A stretch of DNA of 64,000 nt from positions 96,001 to 160,000 of IMG/VR virus record IMGVR_UViG_3300022752_005671, one strand, 5' to 3'. A program made the position numbers and the translations under genes. The number at the start of each line of letters is the position of its first letter. Within the stretch, counting starts at the first letter, position 1. Of this stretch, positions 37,338-47,100 are shown in pieces. The DNA comes from a virus. The notes under the pieces are model-generated. The model had not been told where the DNA came from, searched no databases, and saw nothing but the letters and a program-made list of their open reading frames with translations.

Positions 37338-37345
37338 ATATTTAT
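37338..37345 (+). promoter_or_regulatory. Putative late-promoter motif ATATTTAT (tail tube)
   Basis: 30 nt upstream of ATG 37376, which has an AGGAG SD. Confidence 0.5.
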
Positions 37346-37375
37346 CAATACTCATCCTCATAGGAGATAATCACA

Positions 37376-37864
37376 ATGGCTGAGACATTAGACGTTACAT
37401 CAATGATTCCAAATAAATTCGAGCCAAAGCGTAAGAACCGTTGGGTTCTCATGATCGAAGGCATCGATGCTTACATCATCAAGACAGCAGCTCGTCCTCA
37501 AGTTACGACCGAAGAAGTTGTAATTCCTTTCATCAATTCAACTCGTTATCTCGCTGGCAAGACAACCTTCAGCGAAATGAGCGTGACGCTTCATGATCCA
37601 ATCGCTCCATCCGGTGCGCAACAGGTCATGGAGTGGATTCGTCTCCACTTTGAATCAGTTTCTGGTCGTTCAGGTTATGCAGATTTCTATAAGCGCGACA
37701 TCCAACTTAAGATGCTTGATCCAGTAGGAACTGTTGTCGAATTATGGGACATCAAGGGTGCATTTATCAAAGATGCAAACTTCAACGAAGTTACATACGA
37801 AGATGGAAATCCAGTTGAAATTACTCTATCTCTTCGTTATGATAACTGCGTTTTGCAATACTGA
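37376..37864 (+). CDS. Tail tube protein (gp19-like)
   Basis: FEPKRKNRW, RYLAGKTTF..MSVTLHDPI.PSGAQQVMEW, YKRDIQLKMLDPVG.VVE.WDIKGAF; C-ending codon bias. Confidence 0.93.
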   Translation: MAETLDVTSMIPNKFEPKRKNRWVLMIEGIDAYIIKTAARPQVTTEEVVIPFINSTRYLAGKTTFSEMSVTLHDPIAPSGAQQVMEWIRLHFESVSGRSGYADFYKRDIQLKMLDPVGTVVELWDIKGAFIKDANFNEVTYEDGNPVEITLSLRYDNCVLQY

Positions 37865-37886
37865 TTTATTCAAATTCAAAACCCAG

Positions 37887-37918
37887 AAGGCTTGCAATTT
37901 TGTTGCAGGCCTTTTTTA
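37887..37918 (+). terminator. Terminator after the tube gene
   Basis: AAGGCTTGCAA-TTTTG-TTGCAGGCCTT followed by a T-run. Confidence 0.85.
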
Positions 37919-37950
37919 TTTATAACTTTATGTTTTCTAACATAAAAAGG

Positions 37951-37979
37951 TTTACTTTTTTGTGCAATGATTACATAAT
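37951..37979 (+). promoter_or_regulatory. Possible sigma70-type promoter of the tail chaperone
   Basis: TTTACT-N17-CATAAT upstream of the AGGAG SD and ATG 38003. Confidence 0.35.
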
Positions 37980-38002
37980 GTAAGCAGATCATTAGGAGAT
38001 TT

Positions 38003-38869
38003 ATGTCAGACCAGAGAGAAATCAAGAATTCAGTTTTTACCCCCAACACACCTGGTGGAGTTGATCCACGAATTACAACTATGTCACAAGCTGAAGCTGT
38101 AAAAACTGAGTTTGGTCTTGATATTCCAGCTGAGTTAGTTCCGCTTCCTTCCAACGGAAAGGTTTATCCTCCAACTTCAACTCTTCATGGTAGAGAGACA
38201 GTAGAGATTCGCCCCATGACTGCTAGAGAGGAAGACATTTTGACCAGCAGAGCTCTTTTAAAGAAAGGAACTGTTGTAACCGAGTTAATTAAGTCTTGTC
38301 TCGTTGACAAATCAATTAACACCTTGGATCTTCTTGCTGGGGATAGAAACGCATTAATGGTCGCAGTCAGAATCACTGGATACGGTGCAGAGTACACTGC
38401 TGAAACTTCTTGCGGAGAATGTGAAGCAAAGAGTCAACAGATGTTCAATCTCGCAGAGTTGCCAATTAAACGTCTTGAAATTGATCCTGTCGCCGAAGGT
38501 CAAAATTTGTTTGAGTTTGTTCTTCCTCACACAAAGAAGAAAGTAAGATTCAAGTTTACTACTGGAAGAGATGAAGAAGAACTTTCAGCAACTCAAGAGA
38601 AGCAAAAGAAGCTTGGCCTAAAGACAGACACAACAGTTACTACAGCATTGCAACAAGCGATCGTGTCTGTCGACGGAATAGAGGATAGAGGAAAGATCAA
38701 TAATTTCATCAAGATGATGCCAGCTAGAGATTCTTTGTCTCTTAGAAATTATATTCGACAAAATGAACCAGGATTAACCATGAAGCAAGAGATGACATGT
38801 CCAGAGTGCGGTCACTCTGAGGAGGTGAATATGCCACTCGGAGTTAGCTTTCTTTGGCCTTCATCCTGA
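38003..38869 (+). CDS. Tail assembly chaperone / T4 gp26-like hub assembly protein
   Basis: VPLPSNGKVYP, VEIRPMTAREEDILTS, LL.GDRNALMVAVRITGYG.EY, two CxxC pairs, ends CPECGH...PLGVSFLWP; lies between tube and tape measure. Confidence 0.8.
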   Translation: MSDQREIKNSVFTPNTPGGVDPRITTMSQAEAVKTEFGLDIPAELVPLPSNGKVYPPTSTLHGRETVEIRPMTAREEDILTSRALLKKGTVVTELIKSCLVDKSINTLDLLAGDRNALMVAVRITGYGAEYTAETSCGECEAKSQQMFNLAELPIKRLEIDPVAEGQNLFEFVLPHTKKKVRFKFTTGRDEEELSATQEKQKKLGLKTDTTVTTALQQAIVSVDGIEDRGKINNFIKMMPARDSLSLRNYIRQNEPGLTMKQEMTCPECGHSEEVNMPLGVSFLWPSS

Positions 38870-39122
38870 AAATAAAGCAGATATAATTTTAGAGCCTATC
38901 TTTTTGCTTATGTATTATGGAGGCTTTTCATATAAAGAAGCCTATAATATGCCTGTTTCTCATAAGCAATGGTTCATACAAAGAATAAGTCGAGAACTAT
39001 CTAGAACCAGAGAAGAAGGACATACACAATCAAGAGCGCTTCATGATAATCCACCTGACGTAAGGGCATTATCAGGACATGCTCGAACAGAAACACCCTC
39101 CAGGCTCAGGAGATTTTCTTGA
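38850..39122 (+). CDS. Chaperone extension ORF (gp51-like / gpT-like), probably reached by +1 frameshift from the upstream gene
   Basis: The +1 frame is open from 38829 and reads FFGLHPENKADIILEPIFLLMYYGGFSYKEAYNMP..KQWFIQRI. Its first possible starts (TTG 38904, ATG 38910) have no SD. Confidence 0.65.
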   Translation, partial: FFGLHPENKADIILEPIFLLMYYGGFSYKEAYNMPVSHKQWFIQRISRELSRTREEGHTQSRALHDNPPDVRALSGHARTETPSRLRRFS

Positions 39123-39173
39123 CTTATTTTAATTAATTTGGCATATCTTCTTTTCTATTGTGTAGATATATGC

Positions 39174-39479
39174 ATGGTGAACTGCAAGAAGAATTTAAAA
39201 ATTTATCTTAATGATCTTGGGGTAAATTTGAACTCTCAAAAATCATTATTTGAATCAATCGCTTATTGGATGTCGAATGATGAAGCTACCAATATTGAAT
39301 TTGTTGGAACGGATGAACAAATTACCGTAATAAAAAACGCAATCCTTGAAACAAAACGTTTTCAAGATGCTCTCTTTAATGAAAACGCAACATTAGAAAA
39401 TGTTTTTGATAAATTGCGATCAAAACACTTGGCTGCAAATTCTTTTTCTATTTCTTTCGGCATGAAGTGGGTCTTTTGA
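39174..39479 (+). CDS. Hypothetical protein upstream of tape measure
   Basis: ORF fills the gap between the chaperone extension and the TMP; start uncertain (TTG 39138 or ATG 39174). Confidence 0.6.
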   Translation: MVNCKKNLKIYLNDLGVNLNSQKSLFESIAYWMSNDEATNIEFVGTDEQITVIKNAILETKRFQDALFNENATLENVFDKLRSKHLAANSFSISFGMKWVF

Positions 39480-39494
39480 CTTAGGTGATGTTAA

Positions 39495-42400
39495 ATGGCT
39501 ACTGAAGATACTAAAAAACCTAAAGGATCATCTAAAAGCGCAAAAGAAGCCCAAGAGCTTACAGGAATTTTTGCAGACCTTGCGAAAAGCATGGAGTCTT
39601 TTTCCCAGCAAAGCTCAGCAAGTTTGTCGATGTTAGATGAATCGATGAAAAAGTTTTCTGATACAGGAAAACAAGCATTAGAACAATTTGTTGAAAATTC
39701 ATTAAAGGTAGCAGAAAACCTTGATGAAGTAAATTCATCTTCTAATTCAAGTTCTCAAGGAATTGGAAAATTGACAGATTCGATGAAGAATCTCGCAAAA
39801 GCTGAAGAAAAAGCTAGCAAAGAAGCTGGATTTAAAAAAGGCGACGGTAAAAATAACATCTTTGAGCAAATGGGCAAATCATCGAAGGTCGCCAAGGCAG
39901 GAATTTTAGCTTTAAGCGGAGCATTTAGTGTATTAGGAAAAGCAGTAAAAGGAATTGGCGCGATTTTTGGAACTGTGTTTAATGTCATCAAGTCCGTTTT
40001 TGGCTTCATAAAATCGATGATTGGTGGCATCATCGGTTTTATGGGTGACATGCTTGACGGATTGATTGAAGAATCAGAAAAAGTTCGTGAAATATCTCTT
40101 GAACAAGCTAGATCCTTAGAAAAAGTTAAAGAAACATTCGGCGATACGACCTCCGGTATTGGAGCGTCAATGAAAAAGCTAGTTCAAGGTTCATTTAAAT
40201 ATTTTTCTCCTACGGGAACAAAAAGCATATTCAGCAGTTTTTCAGAAGCAGGAGAATATACATTAAGTTTGCTTAACGCAAGTGCTGAAGCTTCAACTAA
40301 ATTGATCGATCAATTAGACACAGATCAAATGATCATTTTTAGTAAAGCATTTGGACAAACACCACAAGATTTTGAAGCCATGCAAATGGCGGCAATAGCG
40401 ACGGGCGAGTCAATAGCCGAAATGTATACTGACGCTACAAAGTATGCTAAAGGATTTGCACAAGCTTATAGACTTGATGAAAAAGTATTAAAAAAGAATT
40501 TCAACGCTGCGTTGAAAGACGTGAAGCATTTTGCTAATGTTTCCAGAAAAGAAATGATGGAAGCAGCTGTTTATGCGAACAAGCTCGGCGTCTCATTAGA
40601 AAAAATAACTGGTGTATTAGACGCGTTTGATACATTCGAAGATGCAGCGAACAATGTTTCTAAATTATCTCAAGCATTCGGGGTCAATTTAGACACGATG
40701 GAGTTATTAAAAGCAAAAACCCCAGCAGAAGCATTAGATCAAATAAAACAAGCTTTTAATGCAGCAGGTAAATCAGCTGCAGATATGAATCGTCAGGAAC
40801 TTTCCTTGTTGGCTTCTACTTTAAAAATGGATGAAGCTACTGTTAGGGCCACGTTATCTTCTGAGAATCAAGGTGCTGCTCTTGAAGACATTCAACAATC
40901 AGGAGCAAACATGGAAAAGCAAATGTTGAGTACTCAACAAGCCATGTCAGATTCCTTGAAAGAAATTGCGTATGATTTAAGAAAGAGCGGCAGAGAAGCA
41001 AAAGGATTTTTTGCGACGTTCATTGATGGAATAACTGCAGGTATCTTTGAATCTTCTTCTTTAAGAACAATTCTTGGTAATTTAGCACAAACGTTAGAGG
41101 TAATTTTCCAAGCTGGTAAGAGACTTGGAGGCATGATAGTTTCTTCTTTTCCTGGCTTGAAAAAAATGCTAGATAGCGTTGCTAGCTTGCTCGACCCATC
41201 CAAAATGGAACAAACTCTATCAGGAATTAACAAGTCTTTTGGCAAATTCTTTAATTCTTTAAAAAATGGAACTGGAGATACAAGAAATTTATTCGCAGAT
41301 TTATTCAGCGACATAAAATCTTATTTTAATTCTCAAGGAGCAGCCGGCCGCGGATTATTGAGCGGATTATCAGAATTTTGGAACGCAATAAGTCAAATCA
41401 TTTCAACTGCTATTTTAGGTTTAGGAGATTTGATAGCCAATGGATTATCATATATCGCTGATTTTCTAGAAGGGAAAAGAAAATTACCTACAGGAAAAAA
41501 TATTCGTGATGCTGCTGGAAAAGGTTTGCAAGATATCAGTAAAGAAATTGAATCTTCTCCAATTGCTATAGCTGCGTCAAAATCTTTTGACAAGATAGCT
41601 GAACAATTTGGCAGAGTTTGGAAACCTATTAAAGAAGAATTGAAGAAAGCATTAAAAGAAGCATTCGAATGGATGATAAATTACCTTAAAGAGCATAAAG
41701 GTGAACTGTTGATGGCTTTCGGCATGGCATCAGGACCATCGCTTTTGGGTAAAGCAGGATCTGCTTATTCAATGTATAAAGGTTATAAGCAAGCAAAGCA
41801 AATTAATGAATTGACACAAATGGTCAAAGCAAGCCAAACTGCTTCTCAGGCAGCTCAAGCAGCTCAAGCAGCTCAAGCAGCTCAGTCTACAGCCGCGGCG
41901 CAGGCAGACAAATTGTTTGCTCTTAAGCCTCTTCCTCCGCCTCCTGGGGGATATTCTCCCGCGTTTTTGTCCCCTGCCGCACCGAGTGCCGTTACCTCAG
42001 CCGCGCCGGGCGCGGCTGCCGCTACAACGGGAGGCCTTTCCGCATTTTCTACATCGTTTGGAGGTATGGCTTTAACCGGCGGCGCAGCTGTAGCAGCTGT
42101 TGCCGGCGCCGGCGCAGCGGCCATGGCGGGCATCGCCCTCGCGGCAGATCAATATTCAAAATTGTCTGCTGAACTTGAAGAAGCAGAAAAACAAAGAAAA
42201 GGATTCGAAGATCAAATAGCTGAAATGGTCGAAGACGCAGACCCGCAGCGCCTTATGAATCAGTTTGGGTTGAAAAAGGACGGAGATGGATACAAATTTG
42301 ATGACATTAGTATAGAAGAAAAGAAAGCTATATATGAAAGAATCTATGGAAAAAGTTTGTATATTTCCGATGATGATTTAAAGAAACTTGAAGCGCATCT

Positions 42401-43889
42401 TGCTGGTCAAGCAGCTCTTGCTAGAGATAAACAAAAATTAAATCAAGAAACACAAAAAAAATTAATTGAAGAACAAAAGAAGAAAGAACGAGAATTAAAA
42501 CGACTAGCACAAGAGAAAGAACAAGAATCAGAATATGATGCTTTTATGGAATCAATAGGAGCAGGAAAGGGAAAGAAAGTTAACATCTTGACCTTTAAAG
42601 AAAAGATCAAAGAAATTGATTCTATAGCAAAGCAAGTTACAGGTGGAGCAGCAAAATTACAAGAAAATTTCAATACCATAAGAGAACATCTTTCTAAGAT
42701 GAATTTTGATCTTTTTGGAGGAACGAAAGAAGAATCCAAAGACAAACGTAAGTCGATGAAAGCTGCTCTTCAAACAATGTTGAATTTAAAAGGCTTCATT
42801 ATTACTATGGGAGACATTGCAACAGAATCAGACGTTGCGGCGAAGAAACTTACAAAGTTTGGCGATGTAAACGAAGAAGGATCTGTTGCTGCCAATATAA
42901 AATCATTGGCTGGAAAACAAAAAGATGTCATTGAAACGATAACAAAAGCATTCGTCGTCGAAGAAAAAGACATGTACGCTTCTGAAAAAGGGAAAATGTC
43001 TGGAGCTGAAGCGTTCAAACAAAGAGCTGCGTGGGCTAAAGAAACAGTCGAAGAGAGTGAAAAGACTTTTCAAACTTTGTTTGCCCTACGCGACTCTGTA
43101 ATAAAATTAGGCGATGATAAGATGAAGATAACATCTGCGCAGGAGCAGGCAGCCACCAACACCATTAATAGTTTTAAGATTCCTCTCACGACTTTGTATA
43201 CGGGTATCGGTAGTCAATTTGGCGCCGATGCGCTTCAAAAAGATCAAAAAAATGTGCTAGAACCAGTAAAAAATTCTTTGGAATATGCTGTAGATACTGT
43301 TAAGGACATTGTCGAAAATTATACAGCAGTAGGCACTGCGTTGACTGGATTTAATGATAGATTAACCATAGACGGAGTTGAAGGTCTTGCTGGGTCATTA
43401 CAAACATTATTTGAGCACATAGGAACCGGGGCTTCTAAAATAGATTTAAGTGCCGTCGATAGGTTTACACAAAGTTATACTCCTGCGTTTAACAAACTAG
43501 AAGATTTCATAAAAACGATGAATGACAAGCTTTCTGGCGTTGTTAAATTAAAAGAAAACATCAAATCGATACAAGATTTACGCGCCGAGATTGATAAAGC
43601 GATGCAATCTACATATGAAGAGAAGCGTGTAACCGTCACACCCGGTGCGCTCGGCGGCATCGTCGCCACACCGGCAACCGTAAATCCACCTACGATAAAC
43701 AGCGGAGGAACTCAAATAACATTAAAGTTTGATATCGTCATGGATTCTGAAAAGCTTGATTCCGCAATCAATGCAAGAGATAATTCTGTCCTTATCCAAA
43801 CCATGAATCTAGCATTCAAGTCATCACCAATTACGCCAGCTACTAGTGTTGCCTTTGCAGGAAAAACGCCAACCGTTATAAAACAATGA
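39495..43889 (+). CDS. Tape measure protein
   Basis: 1464 aa, Ala/Lys/Ser/Glu-rich and helical, with amphipathic Gly-rich segments; canonical position after tube and chaperone; AGGTG SD. Confidence 0.85.
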   Translation: MATEDTKKPKGSSKSAKEAQELTGIFADLAKSMESFSQQSSASLSMLDESMKKFSDTGKQALEQFVENSLKVAENLDEVNSSSNSSSQGIGKLTDSMKNLAKAEEKASKEAGFKKGDGKNNIFEQMGKSSKVAKAGILALSGAFSVLGKAVKGIGAIFGTVFNVIKSVFGFIKSMIGGIIGFMGDMLDGLIEESEKVREISLEQARSLEKVKETFGDTTSGIGASMKKLVQGSFKYFSPTGTKSIFSSFSEAGEYTLSLLNASAEASTKLIDQLDTDQMIIFSKAFGQTPQDFEAMQMAAIATGESIAEMYTDATKYAKGFAQAYRLDEKVLKKNFNAALKDVKHFANVSRKEMMEAAVYANKLGVSLEKITGVLDAFDTFEDAANNVSKLSQAFGVNLDTMELLKAKTPAEALDQIKQAFNAAGKSAADMNRQELSLLASTLKMDEATVRATLSSENQGAALEDIQQSGANMEKQMLSTQQAMSDSLKEIAYDLRKSGREAKGFFATFIDGITAGIFESSSLRTILGNLAQTLEVIFQAGKRLGGMIVSSFPGLKKMLDSVASLLDPSKMEQTLSGINKSFGKFFNSLKNGTGDTRNLFADLFSDIKSYFNSQGAAGRGLLSGLSEFWNAISQIISTAILGLGDLIANGLSYIADFLEGKRKLPTGKNIRDAAGKGLQDISKEIESSPIAIAASKSFDKIAEQFGRVWKPIKEELKKALKEAFEWMINYLKEHKGELLMAFGMASGPSLLGKAGSAYSMYKGYKQAKQINELTQMVKASQTASQAAQAAQAAQAAQSTAAAQADKLFALKPLPPPPGGYSPAFLSPAAPSAVTSAAPGAAAATTGGLSAFSTSFGGMALTGGAAVAAVAGAGAAAMAGIALAADQYSKLSAELEEAEKQRKGFEDQIAEMVEDADPQRLMNQFGLKKDGDGYKFDDISIEEKKAIYERIYGKSLYISDDDLKKLEAHLAGQAALARDKQKLNQETQKKLIEEQKKKERELKRLAQEKEQESEYDAFMESIGAGKGKKVNILTFKEKIKEIDSIAKQVTGGAAKLQENFNTIREHLSKMNFDLFGGTKEESKDKRKSMKAALQTMLNLKGFIITMGDIATESDVAAKKLTKFGDVNEEGSVAANIKSLAGKQKDVIETITKAFVVEEKDMYASEKGKMSGAEAFKQRAAWAKETVEESEKTFQTLFALRDSVIKLGDDKMKITSAQEQAATNTINSFKIPLTTLYTGIGSQFGADALQKDQKNVLEPVKNSLEYAVDTVKDIVENYTAVGTALTGFNDRLTIDGVEGLAGSLQTLFEHIGTGASKIDLSAVDRFTQSYTPAFNKLEDFIKTMNDKLSGVVKLKENIKSIQDLRAEIDKAMQSTYEEKRVTVTPGALGGIVATPATVNPPTINSGGTQITLKFDIVMDSEKLDSAINARDNSVLIQTMNLAFKSSPITPATSVAFAGKTPTVIKQ
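41850..41884 (+). repeat. 9-bp tandem repeat GCAGCTCAA, about 4 copies (AAQ repeats) in the TMP
   Basis: gcagctcaa gcagctcaa gcagctcaa gcagctca. Confidence 0.9.
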
Positions 43890-43904
43890 TATAAATTAAA
43901 GATA

Positions 43905-44192
43905 ATGAAAACACCGACCAAACAAGAATATTTTAAAATTTTACGTTCTAATCCCGAGTATCTTTCTTTATTAAAAAAAATTCCAGAAGCTCATGAAAGA
44001 AAGAAGACTATTAATATCGTAGAGTATGTTGCTGGAAATATATACGATGCATTGATTATGATGAATGCTTCGTCAAAGCAAAATCCTGAAATTTTGGATA
44101 AAATATCAGAGGCTTTGAAAACAGGTGATGGCATAATTAAAGAAAACGATGGTAATCCTGTCGTTCAAAATCAAGATAAAAAAGAAAAGTGA
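43905..44192 (+). CDS. Hypothetical protein
   Basis: 95-aa ORF tightly packed between the TMP and the 1760-aa gene. Confidence 0.65.
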   Translation: MKTPTKQEYFKILRSNPEYLSLLKKIPEAHERKKTINIVEYVAGNIYDALIMMNASSKQNPEILDKISEALKTGDGIIKENDGNPVVQNQDKKEK

Positions 44193-44199
44193 GATTTAA

Positions 44200-47100
44200 A
44201 TGTCAGGGACCAAAACAGGAAATAAAGGATTTGTAAATCCGACTGATGGTAAAGTTTATACCGTTGATCCTGTTTTGAACGGAGAAGACGGCATAAATTC
44301 AGATCCAAAGACTTATGATCCCGGTGACATGACTGTCGATAAAAGTGTAAAAGACATCGGCAAAAAAACCAAAATAACCTTAGGAACTTATCTTTCAAAA
44401 GCCACAAAGGGAGAAGTTGATCCATATACCAACGTTCCTAACAAATATTCGATTGATCCATCGTCATCGTCAACGCTTCCTCTGTCATTGACAGACAATG
44501 GGTACCCCACACCTCCCTCCCCCACTGAAAATTCTGAAAAATTTGCAGGCAATTTACCATCATCATTTTCCCAAGATTTTGCCTCGTTAAACCAGGATGG
44601 CCAGAAGATAAAGAAAGGGTTGTCATCTGTTGACGTACCAGATGGGCATACATTATTGTCTCAAGCTCATGGCGTAAGTTCTCCTGTATCATCATATCAA
44701 AATCTTGCTTTCTCTCCTCAGCACAGGACTTCTTTCGTTTCTTTTTCAGACTTTAAGTCTCCACCAAAAAAACTTAATGTATCATTAATAAACCTGCCGA
44801 ATGAATACTTTAAGAAACCGAATGAAGAAGCCGTCATTCCAGATCTTTTGTCTTTAGATTTAAAAAAAGCTGTTCAAAAAGTATCAACATTGACGAATGG
44901 AGTTGATTTAGAATCACCCGGCGCAAAGAATGTTTATCCAGTTTCAGTTCCTGTTCCTGAAGCTTTTAACTTCGAAAATTTAGCATCGTTAACGACTGCA
45001 GAAGGAAAGTATCCTGCTCCATTGACAGTACCGACAGGGCAGAATAAAGATATTTTTACAGAGAACCCAGGAAAATCTACATCGGATACATTTGCCGCGG
45101 CAACTTCTAAAGTAGATAAAATAACCACATTAATATCAAAAGGTAAAAAGCCTGAAATAGAAAATTCTATTTTATTAGATGGAAATAGATTATTTTTTAA
45201 AGCAATTAGTGTCGACTCAAATACTAAAATTGTAAGCCTCGAAGGTCCACTAAAAAATTACACAGAAGAGGCATTAAAACCGCAGTATAGAACTTCGCAG
45301 TTCGTTCCTTCTAATACTGACATATTATCGCCCGGGCCATTTGATCCTTCGTTATTAGATTATTCTAACACAACATTTACAAAACCAGGCGATTCAACAA
45401 ACGTAAACAGTTTAAACATTAAAAAGCAATTGAAAGATATTTTTTCTATTGCAGGAAGCTTAACAACAAAAAACTTTTATCCTGTTTCTGTAACTGCGCT
45501 TCCATCAATAACGAGCATTAAAGTAAGCGATAGCGAGAGCGCGCCTCTTACAACACCGAATAATCAAAATGCTTCGATTTTTTCTAACGACTTAACTTCA
45601 GGTTACAGCTATAGCAAAAATTGGCCGTTATTATGGAATGTTATCCCTGCTGAGTCATTTAAAAAAGGTAAATCAAAAGGCAAAGATGATGCAGCAACAG
45701 GAAACAATTTAGTTTCTAAAGAACAGCTTGACAAGCAAGGCAGCACAATTCGTGTTTATCAAGCTTGGTCGACGGAACCTCAGTACAGAAAATCCTTTGT
45801 AAACTTTTCTGACTTTAAAACCCCGCCGAAGACTCTTGATATTTCTCTTATAAATCTTCCGAATGAATTCTTTAAGAAACCAGACGAAGAAGCCGTCGTT
45901 CCTGGCCTTTTAACTTTAGATTTAAAAACTGCTGTTCAAAAAGCAGCAACATTAACTGGCGGTACAGATCAAGAATCTCCTGGATTAAAAAACAAGTATT
46001 CTATCATCATAAAAGATTTTAAATTAGATGATCTTTTTTCTATAACCACGAATGGATATCCGTCTCCGCTGACAATCGCTGATTCAAACGAGAAATTTGA
46101 TAATAATTTACCTTCATCATTTTCTGAAAGATTTAGTAGCGTTTCTTCTCTTCTAAAAAAAGGAAAAAAAGAGACGGGTATTGCAGATGGTAATGATCTG
46201 CTGAAAAATACGATAACTACGGATAAGTTCGGATTCACAAAATTAAACATCGTTTTGCAACCTTATTTTGAAAAAGTTGCACAAACTAATTTCTTTTATC
46301 CAGATATTTCAAACTCAGGTTTATCTAAAGACACTAATCAAGTTTCTTTTTTAGAAAAAGAAATTAACGTATTATCTCCTACTCCAAATTTTTTCCCCAA
46401 GATCAACATCGTAAAAACTTTAGGAAAATACTACGGAAATCCTGGAGACATTATAGAAAAAGATCCTGTTACGTTAGCAGAATTACGTAATAAACCTGCT
46501 GAAATAACTCAACAAAATCAATATGCCGTTTCTCCTCCACCTTCGGGGATATTCGGAAATTTCCTGACGCCGATAAGCAACCCAGACACGAAACTGCCGA
46601 TTCCTTTAAGCGATGCTGGAAAAGGAAGCTTCATCTCTAGAGACTTAATTAAACCTTTATCCAAAGATCCAAGCGTCGAAAACTTTTCAAAAGGGAAAGA
46701 AACCCCTGGCTCTTTTGAAGAATCAGCACCCGGTGTTCCTAAAGTTTATAACGGAAATACTCTTCTCGCAAAAGGAATACCAGGTTCAGACGCAGAAGCG
46801 GCAAAGATTGCTGCATCAGGTCAAGTCGTCGGTATGCAGATAACCCCTGGAATTGATCCTGCTAATCCTCTTTACAATTATGTCGGAGGTAGAGGTTCTT
46901 CTATCCTTGAAATAGGAAATAATAGATTTTTGAGAGGAAATCGACCTGCGTCTCAATTTAACGTTGCATTGAAGCTTTCAGATGGTCGTGCAGTTTCACA
47001 TTTAAAAATGGCTCAGGTTGGAACGGGCCTATTGCAACGAGCCGCAGCAGAAATTCCAGCATGGACAGCCGATAAATTTAATCCAACAGGCATTGAAGCC

